Source: a virus (lineage: Duplodnaviria; Caudoviricetes). Taken from it: DNA of 29,262 nt. Each line of letters opens with the position of its first letter. Within the stretch, counting starts at the first letter, position 1. The stretch covers positions 1 through 29,262 of IMG/VR virus record IMGVR_UViG_3300037518_000193. One strand, given 5' to 3'. The notes below the pieces were generated by a model. The model did no database searches and had not been told where the DNA came from. It saw only the letters and a list, made by a program, of their open reading frames with translations. The position numbers and the translations under genes were made by a program. Positions 15,364 through 23,635 of the stretch are shown piece after piece.

Positions 15364-16307
15364 CCTTTCACGGTGTCGCCCTCCCCGCCCTCACCCGCGA
15401 CGAGTGGCTGGCCGAGCGCCGTAACGGTCTCGGCGCCTCCGATGTCCCCGCCCTCCTGGGCCTGTCCCCGTACTCCACCCCGTGGCAGGTGTGGGTTTCC
15501 AAGGTGACCGACGCCCCCGACTCCGACCCGTCCGAGGCGATGGAGTGGGGTCTCGCCCTAGAGGATGCGATCCTGACCCGCTGGGCCGACCGTGAACGCT
15601 TGTTCGTCGGGCACCGCGCTGAGGCGTGGCGTCACCCCGAGTACAAGTGGGCACGGGCAACACCCGACGGCCTGCTGTTCACTGACCCCGACGACGATGA
15701 CGCGGAGCCGTGGGCTGTGGTCGACGTCAAGAATGTCCGTAGCGGCGCAGACGAATGGGACCGCGGCGACACCGTGCCCCCCTACATCGTCGCCCAGGTC
15801 CAGTGGCAGATGTTCGTCACCGGCCTCGACCGCGGCTTTGTGGTCGCCCTCATCGGCGGTAACCGGCTCCACGTCCACGAACTCGAAGCCGACCCTGCTG
15901 CCCACGCCGAGATGTTCCAGGTGAGCCAGGAGTGGTGGGACCGTCACGTCGTGAGCGGCGAACCGCCCCAGGTGGAGGCCGCCGACAATGCGCTGCTGGC
16001 GTCACTGTGGCCGACGTCGACAGAGAAGGCGGTCGAGGTGGACCCCGAGCTCGTCGCTGAGCTTCGCGCTGCCCGTGCCGGCGCCAAGGTGGCTGAGGCC
16101 CGTAAGGATGAGGCCGAGGCTCGTCTCAAGGCGGCGTTGGGTGATGCCGATACGGCGGTGTGTGACGGGCGCGTGGCTGCGACGTGGCGTACCCAGTCGT
16201 CGACCCGTGTCGATGTGACTCGGCTGCGTGCCGCCGAGCCTGAGGTGGCGGCTCGTTTCACCACGACGTCCACGACCCGTGTGCTACGACCCAAGGAGGA
16301 CAAGTGA
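15360..16307 (+). CDS. YqaJ-like (lambda-exo/RecE type) recombination exonuclease
   Basis: WLAERRNGLGASD, LGLSPY, ATPDG, DVKN and QVQWQM motifs. Confidence 0.92.
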   Translation: MTFHGVALPALTRDEWLAERRNGLGASDVPALLGLSPYSTPWQVWVSKVTDAPDSDPSEAMEWGLALEDAILTRWADRERLFVGHRAEAWRHPEYKWARATPDGLLFTDPDDDDAEPWAVVDVKNVRSGADEWDRGDTVPPYIVAQVQWQMFVTGLDRGFVVALIGGNRLHVHELEADPAAHAEMFQVSQEWWDRHVVSGEPPQVEAADNALLASLWPTSTEKAVEVDPELVAELRAARAGAKVAEARKDEAEARLKAALGDADTAVCDGRVAATWRTQSSTRVDVTRLRAAEPEVAARFTTTSTTRVLRPKEDK

Positions 16308-16651
16308 TGGGACGGAACCGATCAACCACCGAACTACTGAAGCCATTCGCCGTTGAACTCGGCGTGGCTATCGACGCTGCAACACCATGCAACGTATGCC
16401 ACGGGACCGGTGTGCGCCTTGGTGTAGTGCCGATCAATGGGCCGCTCTACTCGGCACTCAACAGCGGGACCAAGGGCGCGAAGTCGTCTTACGCCCTGGC
16501 GCACCTGCGGTCCAAGACGAACAGCTTCAAGGTGGACGATGCCCGGTGGCTTGCCGACCACCACTTCGGCGGCGACCTGGCAGCAGCGATCGACTTCCGC
16601 GATCGACTCGCCCACGCCATCGCGGCCCACGATGAGGAGGACAAGGAATGA
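16304..16651 (+). CDS. Hypothetical protein with one CxxCxGxG motif
   Basis: AAGGAGG RBS; CNVCHGTG. Confidence 0.65.
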   Translation: MMGRNRSTTELLKPFAVELGVAIDAATPCNVCHGTGVRLGVVPINGPLYSALNSGTKGAKSSYALAHLRSKTNSFKVDDARWLADHHFGGDLAAAIDFRDRLAHAIAAHDEEDKE

Positions 16652-16812
16652 CCGAGCACGCCCGAGAGTCAGAAGGCCCGTCGACCTCGTGGATCAGGAA
16701 CCACCACGAGACGCTGGAGGGGGCCGAGGCGCTGCGGTGGGACGAGCACCAGGCCGAGGTTCGTGAGGCCAAGGCGGACGACGAGAGGAAGGCACGCTAT
16801 GCAAAGGGTTAG
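16648..16812 (+). CDS. 54-aa hypothetical protein
   Basis: GAGGAGG RBS; ATGA coupling. Confidence 0.55.
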   Translation: MTEHARESEGPSTSWIRNHHETLEGAEALRWDEHQAEVREAKADDERKARYAKG

Positions 16813-16993
16813 TGACCACTACCTCGACAGCAGCCGGGTCGACATGATCGTGGCTGCCGAACGTGATGAGCGGGCACGCATCGAGTACGAGGGCGGGACT
16901 GTGATCTCGCAGCGTTACCTTCGCACCATCTCGGACGGCGCCATCATCCGCACCGAGTACGACCAGCCCGACGAGGTCGACGATGCCCGCTGA
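16799..16993 (+). CDS. Hypothetical protein
   Basis: AGGAAGG RBS. Confidence 0.5.
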   Translation: MQRVSDHYLDSSRVDMIVAAERDERARIEYEGGTVISQRYLRTISDGAIIRTEYDQPDEVDDAR

Positions 16994-17072
16994 ACTCTGG
17001 CTCGCAGTCCTGCGCCTGGTCGCCCTCGTCGCTGGCTGGTGGAGTCTCCACCCGCTGATCGGGCGGTGGTGA
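16983..17072 (+). CDS. 29-aa hydrophobic peptide
   Basis: GAGG RBS; MPAELWLAVLRLVALVAGWWSLHPLIGRW; TGATG coupling. Confidence 0.45.
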   Translation: MPAELWLAVLRLVALVAGWWSLHPLIGRW

Positions 17073-17338
17073 TGGGCGACCACCGCTTTGATCCGCCTCT
17101 GGTGATTGACGTCCGGTGCCGCTGGTGCGGACAGGGCCTAGCCGTGACCTCCCAGCATTGGGGCTCTGGGCTAGTCATCGAAGGGCTGGATGATCTCTCG
17201 TTTATCCATGAGGACGGTAACCCGGAATGCATCCAGACCTACCACGCCCAGCCCTTCGACGGTTGGGGTGCGACGCGAAAGTTCCGGGTCGCTCTTGAGC
17301 GCTACTACTTGGCTCGGGATGAGGCGTCAGATGACTGA
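17072..17338 (+). CDS. Hypothetical protein (CRWCG..H..C)
   Basis: Coupled start; Cys motif. Confidence 0.6.
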   Translation: MGDHRFDPPLVIDVRCRWCGQGLAVTSQHWGSGLVIEGLDDLSFIHEDGNPECIQTYHAQPFDGWGATRKFRVALERYYLARDEASDD

Positions 17339-17621
17339 CCTGTTCGACCCCGCTACCCGTGGCTCGAGTTGGACCGCCTGTGACGACTGCGGCGCCCGAT
17401 GGACCGGTGAGAACGAATCCCATTGTTCCATTTGCCATAGACACCTCGGCGGTCTCGGCCTGTTCGAGCGTCACATCAAGCACGGCCGCTGCCTCTCAGA
17501 CAGGGCACTCAGGGAGCGGGGGATGCGTAAGCAGTATCGGGAGCCACGGTGCCCGGTTTGGCGCCTCGGTGGTGCCGTATTGGTACCTCTGCCGCAAGAT
17601 GAGGAGGACGGCGATGAGTGA
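17331..17621 (+). CDS. Zinc-finger protein (FDxHR-like)
   Basis: CDDCG..HCSICH..FERH..C. Confidence 0.7.
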   Translation: MTDLFDPATRGSSWTACDDCGARWTGENESHCSICHRHLGGLGLFERHIKHGRCLSDRALRERGMRKQYREPRCPVWRLGGAVLVPLPQDEEDGDE

Positions 17622-17814
17622 ACTGGAGTGGGTGGGGCTACGTGAGATCGCCGCCATGCTCGGGATCTCGTACCCGGCGGTCCAGCGCAGGGTGGAACGT
17701 GGCACGCTACCCGCTGCTGAGGAACGGATCTCAGGTAACCCGGTGTGGCGTCGTGCCACCATCAAGGCGTACCAGGCAGAGGCGAAGCGACTGAGCGAAG
17801 GAGAGGCGACATGA
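17614..17814 (+). CDS. AlpA/excisionase-like HTH protein
   Basis: VGLREIAAMLGIS..RGTLP..PVWRRATI; GAGGAGG RBS. Confidence 0.8.
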   Translation: MSELEWVGLREIAAMLGISYPAVQRRVERGTLPAAEERISGNPVWRRATIKAYQAEAKRLSEGEAT

Positions 17815-18608
17815 CCACCACCGCAATCAAGGCCCGCGGCGAGGACCCGCCCGTCATCGCGCTGTTGAAGCAGTTCGATGCCGACATCACCCAGGCGCTC
17901 CCTCGAGACTGGAGCCCCGGACGATTCCAGCAATCCGTCATCTCCGTCGTCCGCAGCAACCGGGCACTCCTCAACGTGGAGGCGATCACCCTCGTGTCGT
18001 CGGTGCTGCTCGCCGCCCAACTCGGTCTCGACCCGTCCCCCGGTGCCGCGCAGTGCTGGATCATCCCGCGGCGCAACTCCAAGACCGGCAAGCAGGAGGC
18101 GTCGATGCAGGTGGCGGCTCGGGGGTGGCGTGATCTGGCGATGCGGTCGCCGAAGGTGGCGACGGTCGAGGACCGGATCGTGCGTGAGGGCGACGAGTTC
18201 CAGTTCCAGTACGGGGCGGGCGGGACCGCGTGGTCGCACCGGCCTAAGGGCACCGTCGGCCGCGATTGGGTCTACGTGTACTGCGTGGCTCGGATGGTGA
18301 CGGGCGGCGAGTACTTCGAGGCGTGGACCAAGGAGGAGGTGTTGGCTCACCGGGACCGGTACTCGGATGACTGGAAGCGCAACAAGGCGAAGTCGTCGTG
18401 GGGCCGCGAGGAGGAGGGCATGGCTCGTAAGACCCTGGTGATCCAGGTGGCGAAGCGGCTGCCGACGACGCCAGAGATTCGGGCGGCGCTCGTGGCTGAC
18501 GAGACGACGCCGCACAGGATCGACCCTGACATCGTGGGATTGCTGGAGGACGAGGCCGGCATCATCGAGGGTGACCTAGTGGACGAGGACGATGGAGGGG
18601 AGTCGTGA
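17811..18608 (+). CDS. recT: RecT-family ssDNA annealing protein
   Basis: AAQLGLDP, CWIIP, RGWRDLAMRS, VREGDEF and MARKT motifs; same operon as the YqaJ exonuclease. Confidence 0.9.
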   Translation: MTTTAIKARGEDPPVIALLKQFDADITQALPRDWSPGRFQQSVISVVRSNRALLNVEAITLVSSVLLAAQLGLDPSPGAAQCWIIPRRNSKTGKQEASMQVAARGWRDLAMRSPKVATVEDRIVREGDEFQFQYGAGGTAWSHRPKGTVGRDWVYVYCVARMVTGGEYFEAWTKEEVLAHRDRYSDDWKRNKAKSSWGREEEGMARKTLVIQVAKRLPTTPEIRAALVADETTPHRIDPDIVGLLEDEAGIIEGDLVDEDDGGES

Positions 18609-18838
18609 CGCAGATTCGTACCGTGTTCCGCTGCGTGATGAATACCGACCCGGAAGAGGACGTCGAGGTCGTCGACGAGATCGCCGTCACGTTCGACACC
18701 GCCTTCTCGATGGTGGGCCACCCGTTCTCGATCATGCGAGACGGTGTCGAATTCAGGGCGACAGGGGACTTCTCTTGGAACGCCAGGGAAGGTTCGTACG
18801 AGATGACCTACCGAGAGGTGAGTGATTCCGATGGGTGA
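18605..18838 (+). CDS. Hypothetical protein
   Basis: GTGA coupling with RBS. Confidence 0.6.
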   Translation: MTQIRTVFRCVMNTDPEEDVEVVDEIAVTFDTAFSMVGHPFSIMRDGVEFRATGDFSWNAREGSYEMTYREVSDSDG

Positions 18839-19190
18839 CCGCTACTTGCGCTCCGTCATCGCCCGGTGCGGCGACTGTGCCGGCGAGTGGACGTTCGACA
18901 ACCCGGACCTGGCGCTCTACCGGGACTGGGTGAAGGCCCATCTCCAGGGCTGCGGCAAGTCGGAGACTGAGGCGGCCAGGGTCGCCAACCTGCTGTGGGA
19001 CCGGATGCGGCTCCAACTGCTGTTTGACGAGGTGCAGGTGGAGACATGGCGTGAAGTGGGGCCGCCGCCGCGCCGTTCGTATTCGTCCGGGCCACCACAG
19101 ACAGGATGGCAGTCCTGCACCTGCGAGACCGACGGCGCCTGCCAAGTGTGCCGTTCTGAGCATTGGAGGTTCACTAGTGGCACGTCGTGA
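18831..19190 (+). CDS. Cys-rich hypothetical protein
   Basis: CGDC..H..C and CTC..CQVC. Confidence 0.6.
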   Translation: MGDRYLRSVIARCGDCAGEWTFDNPDLALYRDWVKAHLQGCGKSETEAARVANLLWDRMRLQLLFDEVQVETWREVGPPPRRSYSSGPPQTGWQSCTCETDGACQVCRSEHWRFTSGTS

Positions 19191-19446
19191 CCGCATCACA
19201 GTGATCGTCAACGGCCGCACCGCGCACGTCACCCGCGGGATAGCGGGTAGCTACTTCGAGGTGACTGTCGAGGACGAGGAGGGCCGGATGGTGCGGCCGA
19301 CGGAAAGGTTCACATCTCGGGATCGCTCGGTCAACGCGGCGTATCGTGCCGGGGTGCGTGCGCTCCAGTCGTTGTGGGGTGGCCGTGACGACGCCGAGCT
19401 CGTCCAGGAAGTGACCGTCGAGGTCGTAGAGGGAGAGCAGTTGTGA
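19177..19446 (+). CDS. Hypothetical protein
   Basis: GGAGG RBS before GTG. Confidence 0.6.
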   Translation: MARRDRITVIVNGRTAHVTRGIAGSYFEVTVEDEEGRMVRPTERFTSRDRSVNAAYRAGVRALQSLWGGRDDAELVQEVTVEVVEGEQL

Positions 19447-19781
19447 CCGAGGATCGGCTGGAGTACGCGCGGATGGCGGCTGCCATTGCATATATCGGAC
19501 TGGCCGACCAGTGGATCGGCACACAGCACGAAGGGTCGCCGGTGCATGTTCACCACGACGACATGCTCCAGGATGTAGCCGACAACCACGCTCGGCATCT
19601 GACCGACGCCTTCCTCGCTGCCATCGCAGAGCGTGGCGACCCTGAGGACATCGTGGCCCTGCTCGCCAAGGTGGGGTGGGAAGGCTTCCGCGCATCTCCG
19701 TGTGACTATCCCGAGCACGTTGGTTGTGGCTGGCGGTCAGGCGAGATTGTGCTCGACTCACCCGACAAGGAGACACCATGA
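19443..19781 (+). CDS. Hypothetical protein
   Basis: Coupled at both ends. Confidence 0.6.
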   Translation: MTEDRLEYARMAAAIAYIGLADQWIGTQHEGSPVHVHHDDMLQDVADNHARHLTDAFLAAIAERGDPEDIVALLAKVGWEGFRASPCDYPEHVGCGWRSGEIVLDSPDKETP

Positions 19782-20236
19782 GCGACGACGGCCTGCCCGA
19801 TCTCCTAGCTACAGCCCGCGCGGTTGGAGCCGATTTTGCAGATCGGTGGCTAGCGACCCTCCCGCTTACCTTCGCCCTTCTGTCCCAAACGAACACGTCC
19901 CGAACCATTCGGTGGCATGGTGGTCGGCCAGGCTCCCCTGATGACAAATCGGGATGGAACGGTGCCGACTGGTCCAACGCCATGCAGGCAGAGGCGGGCG
20001 AAGCGGGCAACGTCGTGAAGAAGCTCCGACGCACTGAGACTGATCTGGTTGGCAAGCTCGATCGACCGCGAAAGGAACTGATGCCGATGTTGGCGGACGA
20101 GATCGCTGACGTCATCATCTACGCGGACCTGCTAGCCACCTACTACGAGATCGATCTTGCTGCCGCGGTGGCGCACAAGTTCAACAAGGTCTCCGAGATT
20201 CAAGGCTTCCCGGAACGCCTACCCGAGAAAGAGTGA
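19778..20236 (+). CDS. mazG: MazG-like nucleotide pyrophosphohydrolase
   Basis: EAGEAGNVVKK..EIADV..KFN motif; AAGGAG RBS. Confidence 0.85.
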   Translation: MSDDGLPDLLATARAVGADFADRWLATLPLTFALLSQTNTSRTIRWHGGRPGSPDDKSGWNGADWSNAMQAEAGEAGNVVKKLRRTETDLVGKLDRPRKELMPMLADEIADVIIYADLLATYYEIDLAAAVAHKFNKVSEIQGFPERLPEKE

Positions 20237-20239
20237 CTC

Positions 20240-20809
20240 ATGATCCGCCGCATCCTCATCGCCACCGCCCTGGCCCTGTTCATCCTGGCCCTGTCCTCGA
20301 TGACGTGGGCTGAGGCCGACTGCCGGTTCTCATGCGAGACGACAACGACCGGCGGGCCGTCTGAGACGACCACCACCACAGGAGGCACGCCATCAAGCAC
20401 CACCACCACGACTACGGCCATCCCATTGACAACGACAACCCACCCTTTGGACACGACCACCAGCACGACGGATGGCACCACCACCACGACGACCAAGGCG
20501 CCCCCTGGCTCCACAACAACCACGCGCCCTGGCACAACGAGCACGACGCTCCCGAACACGTCCACGTCATCATCGACCTCAACTCTCCCGACAACGACGC
20601 TCGGCACATCAACCGTGCCTCCATCATCCACTTCGGTCCCGCCGACCACTCCCACGACCCCGCCATCTACCCCGGCACCACCACCAGTGACGCCGCCGAA
20701 GCCTGAGCTACCGGTGACCGGGTTCGAGACGTCGACGATCGCGGCGCTGGGTGCCCTGGCGCTGCTGTCGGGGCTGCTGGCGTTGCGGACAACGAAGGAG
20801 GAGAAGTGA
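20240..20809 (+). CDS. Secreted Thr/Ser/Pro-rich LPXTG-anchored surface protein
   Basis: Signal peptide ending AEA, long T/S/P tract, LPVTG, hydrophobic helix, short charged tail. Confidence 0.8.
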   Translation: MIRRILIATALALFILALSSMTWAEADCRFSCETTTTGGPSETTTTTGGTPSSTTTTTTAIPLTTTTHPLDTTTSTTDGTTTTTTKAPPGSTTTTRPGTTSTTLPNTSTSSSTSTLPTTTLGTSTVPPSSTSVPPTTPTTPPSTPAPPPVTPPKPELPVTGFETSTIAALGALALLSGLLALRTTKEEK

Positions 20810-21012
20810 TGGCCCGCGACTATGTGCTGATGCAGTACGACGAGTTGTATCGCTCGCTGATGCGGGCACAAGACCTGACTAAGAGGGTTCATGGCGATAG
20901 CGGGATCGACCTGTACAAGGCATTGGGCGACGTGCGTCGGCTGGCCGAGGAGATGGCCCCGGCAGGATGGTCTCCTGTCGACCTTGGTGTTCTACCGCTG
21001 TTGCGGACATGA
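20806..21012 (+). CDS. Hypothetical protein
   Basis: AAGGAGG RBS; coupled. Confidence 0.6.
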   Translation: MMARDYVLMQYDELYRSLMRAQDLTKRVHGDSGIDLYKALGDVRRLAEEMAPAGWSPVDLGVLPLLRT

Positions 21013-21025
21013 AGGAGGAGGAGTG

Positions 21026-21232
21026 ATGGAAGGGCGACACCCGGAGATCACGATTCATCTAGTCTGGGAGGACGGCAACGCGTTCGCGATCGTGCCGCCT
21101 GCCTGGTCAGCGATGTGGCGGGGCGGTGTCCGGAAGGAGGAGATCGAGGCGTTCACGTCGCAGGTCACGTCCGGTGATTTCGGGCATCTGCTGGGCACCG
21201 TGCAAGAGTGGATGGAGGTGGTGACGAGATGA
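21026..21232 (+). CDS. Small protein with DGNAF..SGD(F/Y)..LL motif
   Basis: AAGGAGGAGG RBS; motif recurrent in phage hypothetical proteins. Confidence 0.65.
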   Translation: MEGRHPEITIHLVWEDGNAFAIVPPAWSAMWRGGVRKEEIEAFTSQVTSGDFGHLLGTVQEWMEVVTR

Positions 21233-21546
21233 CCGACCCACCCGAGCGGGTGCTGGTGCCTTGCGAGCATGGCGCCTGGGTGATCCATGGTGGCCCTTCG
21301 GGTCCGCCGTTCTGTCCCGGCGGCACGGCCTACCGCATCGACACCGAGGCGGCGAGCGCGTGGTTCGCCGAGCACCGCCAGGTCATGGCACTTACTCCCG
21401 GTACGTCAACTACCGGTGTCGGTGCGCAGTCTGCACCGATGCCAACACGGTCAGGTGTCGCGACTATCTCGCCCGGCGCCGCGAGACCTAGCCCCGGTTG
21501 TACGAGGCGGCAGACTCCTCCAGCCAGTTCTGTCCGAACGAGATGA
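21229..21546 (+). CDS. Hypothetical protein (3' end doubtful)
   Basis: GGAGG RBS, ATGA coupling, CEH..FCPGG; tail overlaps two other ORFs. Confidence 0.4.
   Translation: MTDPPERVLVPCEHGAWVIHGGPSGPPFCPGGTAYRIDTEAASAWFAEHRQVMALTPGTSTTGVGAQSAPMPTRSGVATISPGAARPSPGCTRRQTPPASSVRTR
21360..21491 (+). CDS. Small HGT..Y..CRC..C zinc-binding protein
   Basis: HGTYSRYVNYRCRCAVCTDAN motif, common in actinophages. Confidence 0.6.
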   Translation: MVRRAPPGHGTYSRYVNYRCRCAVCTDANTVRCRDYLARRRET

Positions 21547-21694
21547 CGGCGACGACACCGGCCGATACCGCCGCCTCGATGAGCCCGAGGTCGGCGAGTC
21601 CTTCGAGCGAGTCGGGGGCGGTGAGCCCCGCCAAGTAGACGCCGACCGCGACCTGGGCGAAGGTGCGGGCTGCACGGATGAGTGCGTTGGTCAT
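21488..21694 (-). CDS. Holin (r1t-like)
   Basis: RAARTFAQ motif, two TM segments, AGGAG RBS; downstream of endolysin. Confidence 0.8.
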   Translation of the reverse strand: MTNALIRAARTFAQVAVGVYLAGLTAPDSLEGLADLGLIEAAVSAGVVAVISFGQNWLEESAASYNRG

Positions 21695-21818
21695 GGCTCT
21701 CCTCTCACGGTGCCACCACCACTCGGCGATGACACCCAGATAGTAGAGGCCGATGACGACGGCGCCGATGACCCAGTGGACCGTGGCTGCTATCATGGTC
21801 GCCAATACAGGGCCCCGC

Positions 21819-21992
21819 ACGCCGCTACAACCAGCTCACGGCGGTAACAGCAACCCTGGACCGGCACTGAGACGGGGACAACGGGCCGGAGCCGCCGCCG
21901 AGGGGCATTTACGGCGCCTGACATGCTCGGCGGAGCAGCATTAGCGAAGCCGTTTGACCGAGGCCTCCGAGCTGGTTCGGGGGTCTCGGCGC
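21819..21992 (-). ncRNA. Candidate structured RNA between endolysin and holin
   Basis: Several nested long-range stems closing two hairpins. Confidence 0.45.
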
Positions 21993-21994
21993 GT

Positions 21995-23008
21995 TCAGGG
22001 GTGGACCACCACGTCGTCGACGGTGATCTGGACCTTGGCGCCGTCTACACCTGAGGGGCCTGCCGGTCCGCGTGGCCCGGTCTTGCCAACGGGTCCGGCG
22101 GGGCCTGGTGCCCCAGGTGTGCCGAGTGCTTGGAGCCATGCGAAATCGAAGGCGGCGCCTTCCTCCCCCGAGATCCAGGAGCCGCCAAGCGGCGACCCGA
22201 CCACACCGAACACGGCGTCGAGGAACCCGCGAAACGCGACGCCGCCCGTGCCGCCGCCCTTGACACCCATCTGGCGAAGCTTGGCCTGCATCGACCGTAT
22301 GAACCCGTTGGCGGTCGGCCGCTGCTCCTCCGAGCCGTCCTTCAGGTTGATCGGGTACAAGTAGTCCTCCTCGGTGTCGCCTGAGAATAGCGCCGCTGTG
22401 GCGGCGCGGATGGACAGCAGCGCCTCGTGGGCGTCCTGCCCGTTCCAGCGGGGGTCGATCTTGCGGGCGGTCCATTCGGCGTGGGCGACGATGCGGGCTG
22501 GGGTCCAGTCGAGGCGCACACAGATAGCGGCCCAGCAGCGCACCACAGCGTCGAGTTGGGCGGCGGGGATGGGGCCGCCGTTCCCGACGTGGTCGGTCTC
22601 GTTGTTGAGATACCACGAGTTGCCGGATGTGTCGTCGCGTAACATACGTGTTACGGCGAGTCCCGAGGGTGCGATCGAACGCATCGTCTCGCCGAGCACG
22701 ACCGACGACCCTGGGCCCGACGAGTAGTTGCAGGCTCCGGCGGCGATGACATGGACGGTGCCGTCGGGCTTGACGTTCCAATTGGCCTTGATCCGGTAGA
22801 CCCGCTGCCCGTTGATGATGTCGTATCCGGCGCCGGGTGGGTACAGTCGGTCGACCGGAAACGGCACCGGGGGTGCGGTGTGGTGCTGCATCCCCCCGAC
22901 GGGACGACTGGATGCCCACGAGTCGCCACGAGTCTCCCATCCGTCGACCTCGACGACGGTGACACCCCAGGCGCGGAAGGCGTCAGCGAACCAGGTGAGG
23001 TACGCCAC
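21995..23008 (-). CDS. Endolysin, N-acetylmuramoyl-L-alanine amidase (Amidase_2), with C-terminal collagen-like repeat
   Basis: DGWETRG, HHTA, DGTVHVIAAG and AHAEWTARKIDP motifs; 10 G-X-Y triplets. Confidence 0.88.
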   Translation of the reverse strand: MAYLTWFADAFRAWGVTVVEVDGWETRGDSWASSRPVGGMQHHTAPPVPFPVDRLYPPGAGYDIINGQRVYRIKANWNVKPDGTVHVIAAGACNYSSGPGSSVVLGETMRSIAPSGLAVTRMLRDDTSGNSWYLNNETDHVGNGGPIPAAQLDAVVRCWAAICVRLDWTPARIVAHAEWTARKIDPRWNGQDAHEALLSIRAATAALFSGDTEEDYLYPINLKDGSEEQRPTANGFIRSMQAKLRQMGVKGGGTGGVAFRGFLDAVFGVVGSPLGGSWISGEEGAAFDFAWLQALGTPGAPGPAGPVGKTGPRGPAGPSGVDGAKVQITVDDVVVHP

Positions 23009-23010
23009 GT

Positions 23011-23319
23011 CTAGGGCAGTCGGGCGCAGGCGTCTTGGCGCACCTTGTCGTCCGTTGCGCAGATCAGGACCCGCAGCATGAGGATTTGCTGCACCGCGGC
23101 CCGTACCTGGGTCTGGAACGCTTCCTCGTCGGGCGTGACGTGAAGCACTTCAGTGAGTGCTGCGTCGAGCCGGTCGACGGTAACGTCCAGGTCCACCACC
23201 GATTGTTCGATGCGATCGATAGCGTCGTTCCGTTGACCGATCTGGATGGCGAGGGCGGCAGGGATCGACACGGATGCCATGACGACGAGGGCGGCACCCG
23301 CCTTACGCCATGTGATCAT
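23011..23319 (-). CDS. Membrane-anchored coiled-coil protein of lysis cassette
   Basis: N-terminal TM, heptads, two C-terminal Cys; AGGAGG RBS. Confidence 0.7.
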   Translation of the reverse strand: MITWRKAGAALVVMASVSIPAALAIQIGQRNDAIDRIEQSVVDLDVTVDRLDAALTEVLHVTPDEEAFQTQVRAAVQQILMLRVLICATDDKVRQDACARLP

Positions 23320-23528
23320 GTCTCGTCCTCCTGCTGTTTGCCGTTGCGTCCGTTGCGGATGCGGTCGGTGATGGGCTTGGAGTAGAGCCACCCGACGACG
23401 GCACCGAAGGCGACGGTGAGGCTGATGTGTGGCGCATAGGTCGAGTCCCTGGCTTCGAGGACCAGGCTAGCGAAGAACGCGGCGGAGATGGCGACGGCAA
23501 GCCAGATGCGTAGCGTGTGCTCGGTCAT
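23316..23528 (-). CDS. Two-TM membrane protein (holin-like)
   Basis: GGAGG RBS; two hydrophobic helices; charged C-terminus. Confidence 0.7.
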   Translation of the reverse strand: MTEHTLRIWLAVAISAAFFASLVLEARDSTYAPHISLTVAFGAVVGWLYSKPITDRIRNGRNGKQQEDET

Positions 23529-23635
23529 GCCTGCCTCCACATGTCCCAGACGAAGCGGGCCACGCCGCCGGCGACGAGGGCGACGAGTCCTGCCAGGGCG
23601 TCGATCACGTCGAGACGGATGGCGATGTCAAACAC
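23525..23635 (-). CDS. Small single-TM peptide
   Basis: Fills gap; ALAGLVALVAGGVARFVW; ATGA coupling; start uncertain. Confidence 0.4.
   Translation of the reverse strand: MFDIAIRLDVIDALAGLVALVAGGVARFVWDMWRQA

Noticed and set aside
21915-21945. SRP RNA-like words CAUGUCAGG and GGAGCAGCAUUAG
   Set aside because: The two words lie on opposite strands and the GGAA tetraloop helix is missing
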